DNA of 61,443 nt, counting the filler. It is 4 parts of 4 records of this genome, joined end to end, with 100 filler letters (N's around TTAATTAATTAA, not from the genome) between each part and the next. Parts side by side here need not be neighbours in the genome. Positions count along the whole stretch, not along the records: positions 1 to 24,177 come from SRR20825010_3115; positions 24,278 to 41,208 come from SRR20825010_3123; 2 more parts are not named here. One strand, given 5' to 3'. Of this stretch, positions 19,478 through 31,278 are shown in pieces. A model generated the notes under the pieces. That model made no database searches. It had not been told where the DNA came from and saw nothing but the letters and a program-made list of their open reading frames with translations. Both the position numbers and the translations under genes were made by a program. How positions within the stretch are numbered: position 1 is the first letter of the stretch; each line of letters starts with the position of its first letter.

Positions 19478-19988
19478 GGTCGAAGCGCCTCCGCTCCCGC
19501 TGTCCGCCGCCGAAGATCAGGCGCCAGATCAGTGACAGCAGGGCGTGCAAGATCCAGGCAAGCAGAATGCCCGCGACGGCGAATCTGGGATCGATGGTCA
19601 GTGTCGGACGGTAGGTTTTCCAGGCCGCGGGGCCGACCACGGGATCAAGCTGCCGGAAAGCAATCCAGGGCCGCAGCATGTAGGGCGCCGTTGCCAGGGC
19701 ATCGAGGCTTTCATCAAGCTGCCGTGCCCGGTCGCGCCGGTTCAGCATGTTCGTGGCGCCAGTGCGGATCGCGTCGTCGGGTGACGCCTGATATCGGCCC
19801 GCCAGATCCTCGAGGGACATATTGAAGGCGGCGGCGTCCTCGACATCCTTCCTGTGCGCGGCCATCGCTTCGTCACGGGCCCCGCCGAGGCGTTGTTCAT
19901 ATTCCTGGACGAGCTGCGGCACTTGCGAGCCGCCGATACCGCCGCCGGCGATCATGGCGATGAGGACCAGGTCACGGAAGATCTTCAT
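19470..19988 (-). CDS. DUF2937-like membrane protein
   Basis: N-terminal TM, SQVPQLVQEYEQRLGGARDE and a C-terminal TM; start MKIFRD. Confidence 0.75.
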   Translation of the reverse strand: MKIFRDLVLIAMIAGGGIGGSQVPQLVQEYEQRLGGARDEAMAAHRKDVEDAAAFNMSLEDLAGRYQASPDDAIRTGATNMLNRRDRARQLDESLDALATAPYMLRPWIAFRQLDPVVGPAAWKTYRPTLTIDPRFAVAGILLAWILHALLSLIWRLIFGGGQRERRRFDRV

Positions 19989-19998
19989 CGCGGGCTCC

Positions 19999-21222
19999 CT
20001 ATGCCGTGTGCCGGAAAGGCCGGCCATGCGGCATATCGGTAATGCCAAGGTGCCGGGCCAGACTCTGGCCGACATCGGCGAAACTGGAGTGATGTCCGAC
20101 CGGCCCGTCAGGGCGTGCCCCGCCGAGAACCAGAACAGGGACATTCTCGCGGGTATGATCGCTGCCGCGCCAGGTTGGATCACAACCGTGATCGGCGGTG
20201 ATGACGGCCAGATCCCTCGGGCCGAGCAGCGTCTCGAATTCCGGCAGGCGCCGGTCGAACGCCTCAAGCGCGGCGGCATATCCGGCCGGATCGCGCCGGT
20301 GGCCGAAATGCACGTCGAAATCGACGAAATTGACCACGATGAGGCTGTTGTCCCCGGCGTTGCGTGTCTCCGTCAGGAGCAGGTCGAACATCGCGTCATT
20401 GTCCGGCGCCTTGACCTCCCGGCCGGTGCCGTCATGGGCGAAGATATCGCCGATCTTGCCGATGGAGATCACAGCCCCGCCACGGTCGGACTGGCGTTTC
20501 AGCAGCGTGGGGGCGGGGGGCAGCACGGAATAGTCCCGCCGGTTGGCGGTGCGCCGGAAGCTGGCCGGGTCTTCGCCGATGAAGGGGCGGGCGATCACCC
20601 GGCCGATATTCAGCGGATCGACAAGCGTGCGCGACGTCTCGCAGAGGGAGAGCAGCCGGTCGAGCCCGAAATGCTCTTCATGCGCGGCGATCTGCATCAC
20701 GCTGTCGGCAGACGTATAGATGATCGGCTTGCCGGTGCGGATATGTTCCGCGCCCAGTTCCTCGATGATGACCGTCCCGCTGGCATGCTTGTCGCCGAGC
20801 CAGCCGGGCAGGCCGGCTGCCACCATCAGACGTTCCATCAGGTCGCGCGGAAAGCAGGGTTCCGTTTCCGGGAAATATCCCCAGTCGAAGCTGACCGGCA
20901 CACCGGTCAGCTCCCAATGTCCGCTTGGTGTGTCCTTGCCATGGCTGATCTCGGATGCATAACCCCAGCTTGCATCGGGCGATGCCGCTGTCAGGCCGGG
21001 CGCGGGCATTCCCGTACTGGCCTCAAGCGCGCTTCCAAGCCCGATCCGGCAGAGGTTGGGCAGGGTCAGGGGGCCGGCGCGATGCTCGTTGTCTCCGCGT
21101 CCGGCGGCGCAGGCTTCCGCGATATGGCCGACCGTGTTCGATCCGGTATCGCCGAATGCCTCTGCATCCGGGGCGCCGCCGATGCCGACGGAATCGAGAA
21201 CGATGAGGAAGGCCCGGGCCAT
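19999..21222 (-). CDS. deoB: Phosphopentomutase
   Basis: VLDSVGIG, GKDTPSGHWE, YTSADSV, RVIARPF, GHRRD, TADHGCDP and DHTRE. Confidence 0.97.
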   Translation of the reverse strand: MARAFLIVLDSVGIGGAPDAEAFGDTGSNTVGHIAEACAAGRGDNEHRAGPLTLPNLCRIGLGSALEASTGMPAPGLTAASPDASWGYASEISHGKDTPSGHWELTGVPVSFDWGYFPETEPCFPRDLMERLMVAAGLPGWLGDKHASGTVIIEELGAEHIRTGKPIIYTSADSVMQIAAHEEHFGLDRLLSLCETSRTLVDPLNIGRVIARPFIGEDPASFRRTANRRDYSVLPPAPTLLKRQSDRGGAVISIGKIGDIFAHDGTGREVKAPDNDAMFDLLLTETRNAGDNSLIVVNFVDFDVHFGHRRDPAGYAAALEAFDRRLPEFETLLGPRDLAVITADHGCDPTWRGSDHTRENVPVLVLGGARPDGPVGHHSSFADVGQSLARHLGITDMPHGRPFRHTA

Positions 21223-22535
21223 CAGGTGACGATCTCGACGATGGGAGAGGTTTCCGCCGCCGCATCGTCGCCTAGGGTAAAGGCTTGCTTCAGTGTTTCA
21301 GCCGCACGTGCGGCATCTGCTTCGTTCTTCGCATGGATGATGGCGAGCGGGCGTTCGCCATCGGCCAGATCGCCGATCCCGGCGATCTCGGTCAGCCCGA
21401 CGGAATGGTCGATCCTGTCTTCGGCACGGCGGCGTCCGCCACCAAGTTCGACAACGGCAAGGCCGACGCGGCGTGTGTCGATTGCCGTGACCGCACCGGG
21501 GCGATCGGCATGGACGGCAACAACATGCGGGGCCTCGGCGAGGGCACTGGTGTCGCGCAATATATGGGTTGGCCCGCCAAGACCGGAGACCATCCGCTCG
21601 AACCGTTCAGCGGCAGAGCCTGAAGCCAGGGTGCCGAGCAGCTTCAGCCCGGCGCTCTCCCGGTCCGGCGCGATGCCGCCGGTGACCAGCATTTCCGCGC
21701 CGAGGGCGATAACGACATCGTGCAGCCGCTCGTCCCGCCGCTCGCCGGTCAGGTAATCGATGGTCTCCCGCACTTCCACGGCATTTCCGGCGCTGTGGCC
21801 GAGCACCTGGTTCATGTCGGTGATAACGGCAGTGGTCGGCAGACCGGCACCGTTCGCCACATCGACGATGGAACGGGCAAGGGCGCGAGAGCCGTCGAGG
21901 GTTTCCATAAAGGCGCCGGAGCCGGTCTTCACGTCCATGGCGAGGCCCGAGAGCCCGGCGGCGAGCTTCTTGGAAAGGATCGAGGCGGTGATCAGCGGAA
22001 TGGATTCGACCGTTGCCGTCACGTCCCGCACGGCATAGAAGCGCCGGTCCGCCGGGGCGAGGTCTTCTGTCTGTCCGATGACGGCACACCCGGCCTGTTC
22101 GACCACCTTGCGAAAGCGGGAGAGTGCCGGCGCGGTATCGTAGCCCCGGATTGAATCCAGTTTGTCCAGGGTGCCGCCGGTATGGCCAAGCCCGCGTCCG
22201 GAGATCATCGGCACGAAACCGCCAGCCGCCGCGACCATCGGTGCCAGCATCAGGCTGACCTTGTCGCCGACACCGCCGGTTGAATGCTTGTCCAGCACCG
22301 GGCCGCCGAGCGCATCCGCATCCCAGTCGATCACGGTGCCGCTGTCCCGCATGGCAAGCGTGAGGGCGACGGTCTCTTCGGTATTCATGCCGTTCAGGAA
22401 GACGGCCATGCCGAAGGCGGCGATCTGTGCCGGGCTCGCTTCGTCTCTGGCAATGCGCTCGACGAAAGTCGCGATCTCGGTCTGCGAGAGAGCGGCGCGG
22501 TCACGCTTCTTGCGGATGATTTCCTGGGTCAGCAT
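21222..22535 (-). CDS. deoA: Thymidine phosphorylase
   Basis: DKHSTGGVGDK, SGRGLGHTGGTLDK and SILSKK. Confidence 0.97.
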   Translation of the reverse strand: MLTQEIIRKKRDRAALSQTEIATFVERIARDEASPAQIAAFGMAVFLNGMNTEETVALTLAMRDSGTVIDWDADALGGPVLDKHSTGGVGDKVSLMLAPMVAAAGGFVPMISGRGLGHTGGTLDKLDSIRGYDTAPALSRFRKVVEQAGCAVIGQTEDLAPADRRFYAVRDVTATVESIPLITASILSKKLAAGLSGLAMDVKTGSGAFMETLDGSRALARSIVDVANGAGLPTTAVITDMNQVLGHSAGNAVEVRETIDYLTGERRDERLHDVVIALGAEMLVTGGIAPDRESAGLKLLGTLASGSAAERFERMVSGLGGPTHILRDTSALAEAPHVVAVHADRPGAVTAIDTRRVGLAVVELGGGRRRAEDRIDHSVGLTEIAGIGDLADGERPLAIIHAKNEADAARAAETLKQAFTLGDDAAAETSPIVEIVT

Positions 22536-22547
22536 GGCGGCAGTGTC

Positions 22548-23288
22548 TCACCCTTTGTGCCCGAGTGTCTTCAGAAGTGCGTCAAGCAGACTGCTGGCAC
22601 CGAATCGGAATGTTTCCGGTGTGGCCCAGCCCGCCCCCATGATGTTGTCGGCGAGCCGCAGATAGGCAAGGGCCTGCTCCGTCGTGCGGATACCGCCGGA
22701 GGGTTTCAGGCCAACCGGTTTGCCGCTGTCCCGGATCGTTTCCAGCATGATGTGGGCGGCTTCCAGGGTGGCAGAGACGGGTGTCTTGCCGGTGGAAGTC
22801 TTGATGAAATCCGCACCGGCTGCAATCGCATCCCGGCTGGAGCCGGCGATGGCATTCGCGGTTTGCAGGCGGCCTGTTTCCAGAATGACCTTCAGGTGCG
22901 CTGCCGTTCCGCAAGCATCCTTGCAGGCGGCAACCAGATCCCCGGCGATGGTGCTGTTACCGTTCAGCCAGCTGTCATAGGGCCAGACCACGTCCACCTC
23001 GTCCGCGCCATCGGCAACGGCCTGTTTCGTGGTGGCGACGGCGCCCGCGATATCCGGACGGCCATGCGGGAAGTTGGAAACCGTGGCGACGCGGACAGTT
23101 GTTCCGGCGAGTGCGCTCTTCGCCTGTGCGACGAAGGCCGGCCAGACGCAAACGGCGGCGACCGGGCCTACGGGCGTCACGGCGCGTTTCAGCATGGCGT
23201 CGACCGAGGCCGGGCTGTCATCGTCGCCAAGGCTCGTCAGGTCGAGCATGGACAAGGCACGGCCAGCTTCGGTGCCGGTGTCAGTCAT
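22548..23288 (-). CDS. deoC: Deoxyribose-phosphate aldolase
   Basis: LDLTSL, NFPHG, LKVILETG, FIKTSTGK, KPSGG and RFGAS. Confidence 0.97.
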   Translation of the reverse strand: MTDTGTEAGRALSMLDLTSLGDDDSPASVDAMLKRAVTPVGPVAAVCVWPAFVAQAKSALAGTTVRVATVSNFPHGRPDIAGAVATTKQAVADGADEVDVVWPYDSWLNGNSTIAGDLVAACKDACGTAAHLKVILETGRLQTANAIAGSSRDAIAAGADFIKTSTGKTPVSATLEAAHIMLETIRDSGKPVGLKPSGGIRTTEQALAYLRLADNIMGAGWATPETFRFGASSLLDALLKTLGHKG

Positions 23289-24105
23289 GGATAGGGTCCT
23301 TCAGAAATTCCAGCAGCAAACGGGTCATGGAGTCCGCGATTGTCGCGCCCTGGGTCAGTGTGTGTTCGTGGTCGAGAATTTCATTCGCCACCATGCCCGC
23401 GCCGAAATTGGTTATACCGGAAATTGCGGCAACCCTGAGGCCCGCATGCCGGGCGGCCAGCACTTCCGGCACCGTGGACATGCCGACGGCATCGGCGCCG
23501 AGGATGCGGAAAGCGCGGATCTCCGCCGGGGTCTCGAAGTTCGGGCCGAGCGCCCAGAGATAGATGCCTTCATGCAGAGCCACGTCACTGGCTTCGGCGC
23601 CGCGCCGGAGCGCGGCCCGCAGGGCGACGTCATAAGCCTGGGTCATGTCGAAGAAGCGCGGGCCGAGGGCCGCGTCATTCGGGCCGATCAGCGGATTGGC
23701 ACCGGACCAGTTGATGTGATCCGTCAGCATCATCAGGCTGCCGGGCGCCATCTCGTCCTGAAGGCTGCCGGCGGCGTTCGTCAGCACCAGACTGTCGATT
23801 CCGAGCGCCGCCAGGGTGCGGACCGGCAACACGATGTCGGCCAGCGGATGGCCTTCATAGGCATGGGCCCGGCCCTGCAGTACGAAGACCTCGCGGCCGG
23901 AGAGCGTGCCGTGGATCAGCGTTCCATGATGGCCTTCGACACGCGGTTTCGGGAAACCCGGAATATCGGCGAAAGAGACCGAGGCCGGATTTTCCACGGC
24001 GTCCGCGACGGAGCCGAGGCCGCTGCCAAGCACCAGCGCGACCCGGGCGCTGCGCCCCGGCAATGCTTTGCGAATGGCGTCAGCCGCCACTTCGTATGAG
24101 GTCAC
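23281..24105 (-). CDS. Purine-nucleoside phosphorylase (trimeric PNP/XapA type)
   Basis: VLGSGLG, GRAHAYEG, LTNAAG, GPNFETPAE and VGMSTVPE. Confidence 0.95.
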   Translation of the reverse strand: MTSYEVAADAIRKALPGRSARVALVLGSGLGSVADAVENPASVSFADIPGFPKPRVEGHHGTLIHGTLSGREVFVLQGRAHAYEGHPLADIVLPVRTLAALGIDSLVLTNAAGSLQDEMAPGSLMMLTDHINWSGANPLIGPNDAALGPRFFDMTQAYDVALRAALRRGAEASDVALHEGIYLWALGPNFETPAEIRAFRILGADAVGMSTVPEVLAARHAGLRVAAISGITNFGAGMVANEILDHEHTLTQGATIADSMTRLLLEFLKDPIHD

Positions 24106-24177
24106 GTCCGCTCCTTCACGTAAGGGGTGCCGCTGGCTTTCGGGGCGATGGCCTTGCCGATGAAGCCGGCCAGCAGG
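24102..24177 (-). CDS. Nucleoside ABC transporter permease, 3' fragment
   Basis: Reads LLAGFIGKAIAPKASGTPYVKERT*, a typical C-terminus; GTGA overlap with PNP; cut by the gap. Confidence 0.7.
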
Positions 24178-24277
24178 NNNNNNNNNNNNNNNNNNNNNNN
24201 NNNNNNNNNNNNNNNNNNNNNTTAATTAATTAANNNNNNNNNNNNNNNNNNNNNNNNNNNNNNNNNNNNNNNNNNNN
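24178..24277. other. Artificial contig spacer
   Basis: N-run, TTAATTAATTAA (stops in all six frames), N-run. Confidence 0.98.
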
Positions 24278-25156
24278 AGCACCACCGCCCACGTCGAGGA
24301 AGTTGGCTGGCGCACCGCCTTTCAGCTTCACCAGGTCCATGGTGCCCATGGCCAGGCCCGCACCGTTCACCATGCAACCGATGTTGCCATCCAGCGCCAC
24401 GTAGTTCAGGTCCCACTCGGCAGCACGGCGTTCACGCTCATCTTCCTGACTGGGATCGTCCAGAGCCTTGATGTCCGGATGACGATACAGGGCGGAGCCA
24501 TCCACGTTGATCTTGGCATCCAGGCAGTGCAGATCCCCCTCATCGGTAATCACCAGCGGGTTCACTTCAATCAGCGCCAGATCCTTGTCGATGAACAGCT
24601 TGGCCAAGCCCACAAAGATCTTGGCAAACTGATTGACCTGCTTGCCTTCCAGGCCCAACTGGAACGCAATCTCACGAGCCTGATAGGGCTGTGCGCCCAC
24701 CAGTGGGTCGATTTCCGCCTTGAGAATTTTTTCCGGGGTTTCTTCTGCGACCGTTTCGATGTCCACGCCACCTTCGGTGGAGGCCATGAAGACAACACGG
24801 CGGCTGGCACGATCCAGTACCGCACTCAGATACAGCTCTTTGGCAATATCGGTGCAGGTTTCCACCAGGATTTTTGATACCGGCTGGCCGTGCTCATCGG
24901 TCTGGAACGTCACCAGGTTCTTGCCCAGCCACTGCTTTGCAAACGCCGCCGCGTCTTCCGGGCTATCCACCAGCTTCACACCACCGGCTTTACCGCGACC
25001 GCCAGCGTGCACCTGGGCCTTCACGACCCACTTGTCACCACCGATCTCTTTCGCCTTTGCTGCTACCTCTTCCGGGGTATCACAGGCAAAGCCGGTAGAG
25101 ACTGGCAACCCATAATCAGCAAAAAGCTGTTTTGACTGATACTCATGGAGATTCAT
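24278..25156 (-). CDS. sucC: Succinyl-CoA synthetase beta subunit, 3'-truncated by the gap
   Basis: [38 protein letters not shown] and ANFLDVGG. Confidence 0.98.
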
Positions 25157-25228
25157 GCCAATACTTCCATCATCAATGAATTAGTGGCGCCCTGTTCAAG
25201 CGCCGTTATCGCTGCCGTTCAAATGTCG

Positions 25229-26680
<1,452 letters not shown>

Positions 26681-26685
26681 CTATC

Positions 26686-26756
26686 GCTGGCACGCTTCAC
26701 GCAACACGCTGGCACGCCATGTCGCGTGCGCGTGCCAGCATGAAGCGTGCAGGCGT
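26686..26756. repeat. Degenerate CACGCnn heptamer array followed by its inverted copies
   Basis: GCACGCTTCA (26690-26699) pairs with TGAAGCGTGC (26741-26750); GCTGGCACGC (26708-26717) pairs with GCGTGCCAGC (26730-26739). Confidence 0.65.
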
Positions 26757-26760
26757 ACAT

Positions 26761-28035
26761 TCAGATATCCAGCAACAGGCGCGCCGGATCCTCGATAAAG
26801 TTCTTCACTGCAACCAGGAACTGCACCGCTTCCTTGCCATCGATAAGCCGATGGTCATAGGACAGAGCCAGATACATCATTGGCAGGATTTCCACTTTGC
26901 CATCCACTGCCATGGGCCGTTCCTGGATCTTGTGCATACCCAGAATCGCCGTTTGCGGCGGGTTCAGAATCGGCGTGGAAATCAGCGAACCGAACACCCC
27001 GCCGTTGGAAATGGTGAAGGTACCGCCGGTCATCTCTTCAATGGACAGCTTGCCCTTCTGGGCTTTCTGGCCGTACTCGATAATCTGCGATTCCACTTCC
27101 GCCAGGCCTTTCTGGTCCGCATCGCGAAGCACAGGCACAACCAGTCCCCGCTCGGTGGAGACAGCCACACCGACGTCGTAATAACCGTGATATACGATGT
27201 CTTCACCGTCGATGGAGGCATTCACCGCCGGGAAGCGTTTCAGGGCTTCCACACAGGCACGGGTAAAGAACCCCATAAAGCCGAGACGCACGTTATGGGC
27301 TTTCTCGAATTCTGGCTGGTAGTGCTTGCGCATATCCATGATCGGTTTCATGTTGACCTCGTTGAAGGTGGTCAACATGGCCGAATCCTGCTGGGCCGAC
27401 ACCAAGCGCTCGGCAATCCGCTTGCGCAAGCGGGTCATTGGCACCCGACGCTCTTCACGCTCGCCCGGTGCTCCCGGTACGTCCAGAGTCGCGGGTTGTT
27501 GCGGCGCAGGCTGGCTGGCACGTTTCTCTGCCTTCTCAGTGATGGCCTTTTCCACATCACCCTTGGTAATGCGGCCACCACGGCCTGTGCCTTTCACCTG
27601 ATCTGCGGCGATACCATGCTCACTCATCAGCTTGCGGGCCGCCGGGCCCGCCTGATCGCCGGCACTGTCATCGTCGTCAGCTGGCTCGGACTTGGCGTCC
27701 GCTTTCTCTTCCTGCTTGTCGTCCTTTTTGTCCGCAGAGCCATCATCGCTCTCTGCCTTTGCCGGCTTCTCATCGCTCTTGCCGGCACTACCGCTGGCCC
27801 CTTCGTCGAAGGTGCCCAATACCTGCTGGCTCTCTACGGTTTCACCCTCGACCGCCATGATCTTACTGACCACGCCATCGGCCGGTGCCACCACTTCAAG
27901 CACAACCTTGTCGGTTTCAATATCGACCAGCAGCTCATCACGCTTCACCGCTTCACCTTCCTGCTTGTGCCAGGTGGCTACGGTGCCGTCTGCTACTGAT
28001 TCCGGGAACTGCGGGGCTTTGATATCAGTCGCCAT
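26761..28035 (-). CDS. sucB: 2-oxoglutarate dehydrogenase E2
   Basis: Lipoyl motif [23 protein letters not shown] and DHRLIDG. Confidence 0.98.
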   Translation of the reverse strand: MATDIKAPQFPESVADGTVATWHKQEGEAVKRDELLVDIETDKVVLEVVAPADGVVSKIMAVEGETVESQQVLGTFDEGASGSAGKSDEKPAKAESDDGSADKKDDKQEEKADAKSEPADDDDSAGDQAGPAARKLMSEHGIAADQVKGTGRGGRITKGDVEKAITEKAEKRASQPAPQQPATLDVPGAPGEREERRVPMTRLRKRIAERLVSAQQDSAMLTTFNEVNMKPIMDMRKHYQPEFEKAHNVRLGFMGFFTRACVEALKRFPAVNASIDGEDIVYHGYYDVGVAVSTERGLVVPVLRDADQKGLAEVESQIIEYGQKAQKGKLSIEEMTGGTFTISNGGVFGSLISTPILNPPQTAILGMHKIQERPMAVDGKVEILPMMYLALSYDHRLIDGKEAVQFLVAVKNFIEDPARLLLDI

Positions 28036-28051
28036 GCCTAATCCTTAACTG

Positions 28052-30886
28052 TTACTTAATCTCGAAGGCGTCCTGAACCAGACGCTGCTGTTGTTCCACG
28101 TGCAGTGACATTGAACCTGCCGCCGGGGCGGCCGCCATATCGCGGCCAGCGTAATGCACAGGCCCCACGCCAGCTTTTGTTGCTACACGGTACATATGAT
28201 GCTGAGAGCAATACCAGGCGCCCTGATTCATGGGCTCTTCCTGACACCAGACCAGATGTTCCAGATTCGGATAGCTCTCAAGAATCTCCTGCAAGCGCTG
28301 TTCCGGGAACGGGTACAACTGCTCAATGCGTACCAGCGCGGTATCGCTCAGATCATCGCCATCGCGCTTTTCCAGCAGGTCGTAGTAGACCTTGCCGGAA
28401 CACATCACCACACGCTTGATCTTCTTGCGATCCAGATCAGCCAGGTCATCCAGCACCGAATGGAAAGTGCCATGGGCCAGATCTTCCAGTGCGGATGTGG
28501 CCTTTTTATGGCGCAACAGGCTCTTCGGGCTCATGATCACCAGCGGTTTACGCAGTGGTCGTACAGCCTGACGGCGCAGTAGGTGATAAATCTGACCGGG
28601 AGTGCTCGGCACACAGACCTGCATGTTGTGCTCAGCGCACAGCTGCAGGAAACGTTCCAGCCGTGCAGAAGAGTGCTCTGGCCCCTGCCCTTCATAACCG
28701 TGGGGAAGCAGCATGGTCAGGCCACACAAACGGCCCCACTTGGCCTCGCCAGAAGAGATGAACTGGTCAATCACTACCTGCGCACCGTTGGCGAAATCAC
28801 CAAACTGGGCTTCCCAGATCACTAGGGATTTGGGTGTGGTGGTCGCGTAGCCATATTCGTAGCCCAACACCGCTTCTTCAGACAGCAACGAGTCGTAGAT
28901 GTCGAAGCGCGGCTGCCCCTCGTAGAGGTGCTGAAGCGGCACATACTGCTCACCGTCTTTCTGGTTGTGCAACACCGCATGGCGGTGTGAGAACGTGCCG
29001 CGGCCACTATCTTGGCCGGTCAAGCGAATGGCAAAACCCTGATCAAGCAGCGTCGCATAGGCCATGGTTTCCCCGTAACCCCAGTTCAGGGGCAAGGCAC
29101 CAGCGGTCATTTTGCGACGGTCTTCCAGTATTTTCTTCACCTGACGCTGAACGACCACCCCTTCCGGCGGTGTTTCCAGGCGGGTAGCCAGATCCTGCAA
29201 TTTCTTCAGCGGGTACGACGTATCCCAGTCATCTTCCACCTTATGGCCGATGTAGGGAGACCAATCCACGAACAGTGCCTTGTTCGGCTCACGCACCAGG
29301 GATTTCACCACATGGTTACCGGCGTCCAGCATGTCGCGGTAGTCATCGGCGGTTTTCTGGGCTTCCTGTTCACTGATCACTTTTTCGTTGATCAGCTGCT
29401 CGGCATACAGGGTTCGGGTGGTCGGGTGGCTTTTGATCTTTTTGTACATCATCGGCTGGGTCGAGGACGGCTCGTCCGCCTCGTTATGCCCCGAACGGCG
29501 ATAACAGATCAGATCAATCACCACGTCTTTCTTGAACTGCATGCGGTAATCCACCGCAAGCTGGGTGACGAAATATACTGCTTCCGGATCATCCGCATTC
29601 ACGTGGAAGATCGGCGCCTGCACCATTTTTGCCACATCGGTGCAGTACTCAGTAGAGCGGGCATCATCACGCCGGCTGGTGGTAAAGCCCACCTGGTTGT
29701 TGATGATTACATGCAGGGTGCCACCGGTATGGAAACCCCGGGTCTGGGACATCTGGAATGTCTCCATGACCACGCCCTGCCCGGCAAAGGCCGCATCACC
29801 GTGCAATATGATCGGAACAACCTGCTCGCCACCTTCGTCATCACGGCGATCCTGACGGGCACGTACTGACCCTTCCACCACCGGAGAAACGATCTCCAGG
29901 TGTGAGGGGTTAAAGGCCATGGCCAGATGCACTTCACCGCCAGACGTTTGTACGTTGGACGAGAAGCCCTGGTGATACTTCACATCACCGGAACCACTTT
30001 CGTTGAAGCTCTTGCCATCGAATTCTTCAAACAGATCTTTCGGGCTTTTGCCCAAGGTGTTGACCAGCACATTCAAACGGCCACGGTGGGCCATGCCGAT
30101 CACCAGCTCCTTGGCGCCATAACTGCCCACGCGCTGGATGATTTCGTCCATCAACGGAATCAGCGATTCGCCGCCTTCCAGGCCGAAACGCTTGGTGCCG
30201 GGGTATTTACTGCCCAGATATTTTTCCAGGCCCTCGGCGGCGGACAGACGCTCAAGAATATGCTTCTTGATGTCCGTACCGTATTCCGGGTGACAGCGCA
30301 CGCCTTCCATGCGCTGCTGCAACCAGCGTTTTTCCGCCGTGTTGACCATGTGCATGTATTCCGCACCCACGCTGGAGCAATAGGTACTGGTCAGGCAGTC
30401 AACGATATCGCGGAGGGAGGTCTCGGGCTTACCAATAAACAGGTTGCCCGTTTGAAATACGGTATCCAGATCAGCCGTGCTGAGACCGTGATGCGCCAGT
30501 TCCAGGTCTGGAACGGCTTCGCGCTCCATAATCCCCAGCGGGTCCAGCTTGGCCACCTGGTGGCCACGGTTTCGGTAGGCTGCAATCAAGTGCAGCACAC
30601 GGACCTGACGACGCTCATGCTCCGTGCTGACCGCACCGGCACCAAACTTCTGCACACGCGAGCGATTCTTCGCCTGCAACAGGAAGTATTCACGCACGGC
30701 GGCGTGGGGCACGTCGGATTCGACGGCGGTATCAACACTGGGGAGTTTTTCGAAATAAACGCGCCAGTCTTCCGGCACGGAATTAGGATCGGTCAGGTAG
30801 GATTCGTACAGTTCATCGACATAGGCAGCGTTGGCTCCCCCGATATGGGAGGACTGCCATTGCCGCTGCATGGAACTGTCTTGCAT
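28052..30886 (-). CDS. sucA: 2-oxoglutarate dehydrogenase E1
   Basis: KRFGLEG, GMAHRGRLN, HGDAAFAGQG and WEAQFGDF; start moved to MQDSS (30886). Confidence 0.98.
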   Translation of the reverse strand: MQDSSMQRQWQSSHIGGANAAYVDELYESYLTDPNSVPEDWRVYFEKLPSVDTAVESDVPHAAVREYFLLQAKNRSRVQKFGAGAVSTEHERRQVRVLHLIAAYRNRGHQVAKLDPLGIMEREAVPDLELAHHGLSTADLDTVFQTGNLFIGKPETSLRDIVDCLTSTYCSSVGAEYMHMVNTAEKRWLQQRMEGVRCHPEYGTDIKKHILERLSAAEGLEKYLGSKYPGTKRFGLEGGESLIPLMDEIIQRVGSYGAKELVIGMAHRGRLNVLVNTLGKSPKDLFEEFDGKSFNESGSGDVKYHQGFSSNVQTSGGEVHLAMAFNPSHLEIVSPVVEGSVRARQDRRDDEGGEQVVPIILHGDAAFAGQGVVMETFQMSQTRGFHTGGTLHVIINNQVGFTTSRRDDARSTEYCTDVAKMVQAPIFHVNADDPEAVYFVTQLAVDYRMQFKKDVVIDLICYRRSGHNEADEPSSTQPMMYKKIKSHPTTRTLYAEQLINEKVISEQEAQKTADDYRDMLDAGNHVVKSLVREPNKALFVDWSPYIGHKVEDDWDTSYPLKKLQDLATRLETPPEGVVVQRQVKKILEDRRKMTAGALPLNWGYGETMAYATLLDQGFAIRLTGQDSGRGTFSHRHAVLHNQKDGEQYVPLQHLYEGQPRFDIYDSLLSEEAVLGYEYGYATTTPKSLVIWEAQFGDFANGAQVVIDQFISSGEAKWGRLCGLTMLLPHGYEGQGPEHSSARLERFLQLCAEHNMQVCVPSTPGQIYHLLRRQAVRPLRKPLVIMSPKSLLRHKKATSALEDLAHGTFHSVLDDLADLDRKKIKRVVMCSGKVYYDLLEKRDGDDLSDTALVRIEQLYPFPEQRLQEILESYPNLEHLVWCQEEPMNQGAWYCSQHHMYRVATKAGVGPVHYAGRDMAAAPAAGSMSLHVEQQQRLVQDAFEIK

Positions 30887-31240
30887 GTTAGCTCGTTCCT
30901 TCGGCGGGAGGTTGTCACACTCTGTGGTATGAGTAACTGCGACCACAGGGGGGCGACCCTGTTCCCGTACGCTCGTATTTTTCGGAACAACGCCTTTTAA
31001 GCCCTGTTCCACCCATGAGATGCACCATGCTATCTCGCCCATACCGGGTCGGGTCTGGGTAGAAGCTTGCTACCTCTCGTCGAGGGATTACCTCGAACTG
31101 CTATCTAGTGTAGCCCTTTTAATTCAGTTTTGTTAGGCACCGAATTCATAAAGTAACTTATGACTCTTTCCGAATGTTTCTGCCATTGGCAAAACGTCGA
31201 ATAGACAGCAAAAAACGCCATCGTCGACGTTATTAGATAC

Positions 31241-31269
31241 AAAAAAGGCGACCATCAGGCCGCCTTTTT
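31241..31269 (-). terminator. Intrinsic terminator after sdhB
   Basis: Minus strand GGCGGCC-TGAT-GGTCGCC followed by T6. Confidence 0.85.
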
Positions 31270-31278
31270 CGTTTCGGG

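Noticed and set aside
19822-23294. 644-aa and 336-aa plus-strand ORFs opposite the deo genes
   Set aside because: These are antisense shadows with low-complexity Ala/Arg/Ser composition.
24222-24233. TTAATTAATTAA palindrome (also at 41253 and 56176) as a biological repeat or att site
   Set aside because: It is centred in N-runs of fixed length and is a six-frame stop linker added during concatenation.
25157-25228. sucC RNA motif upstream of sucC
   Set aside because: Only a 5-bp GGCGC/GCGCC hairpin is visible; it cannot be supported without a covariance search.
30887-31042. 52-aa N-terminal extension of SucA
   Set aside because: Typical SucA begins at MQDSS, which has an AAGGA RBS; the upstream region looks like a structured leader.
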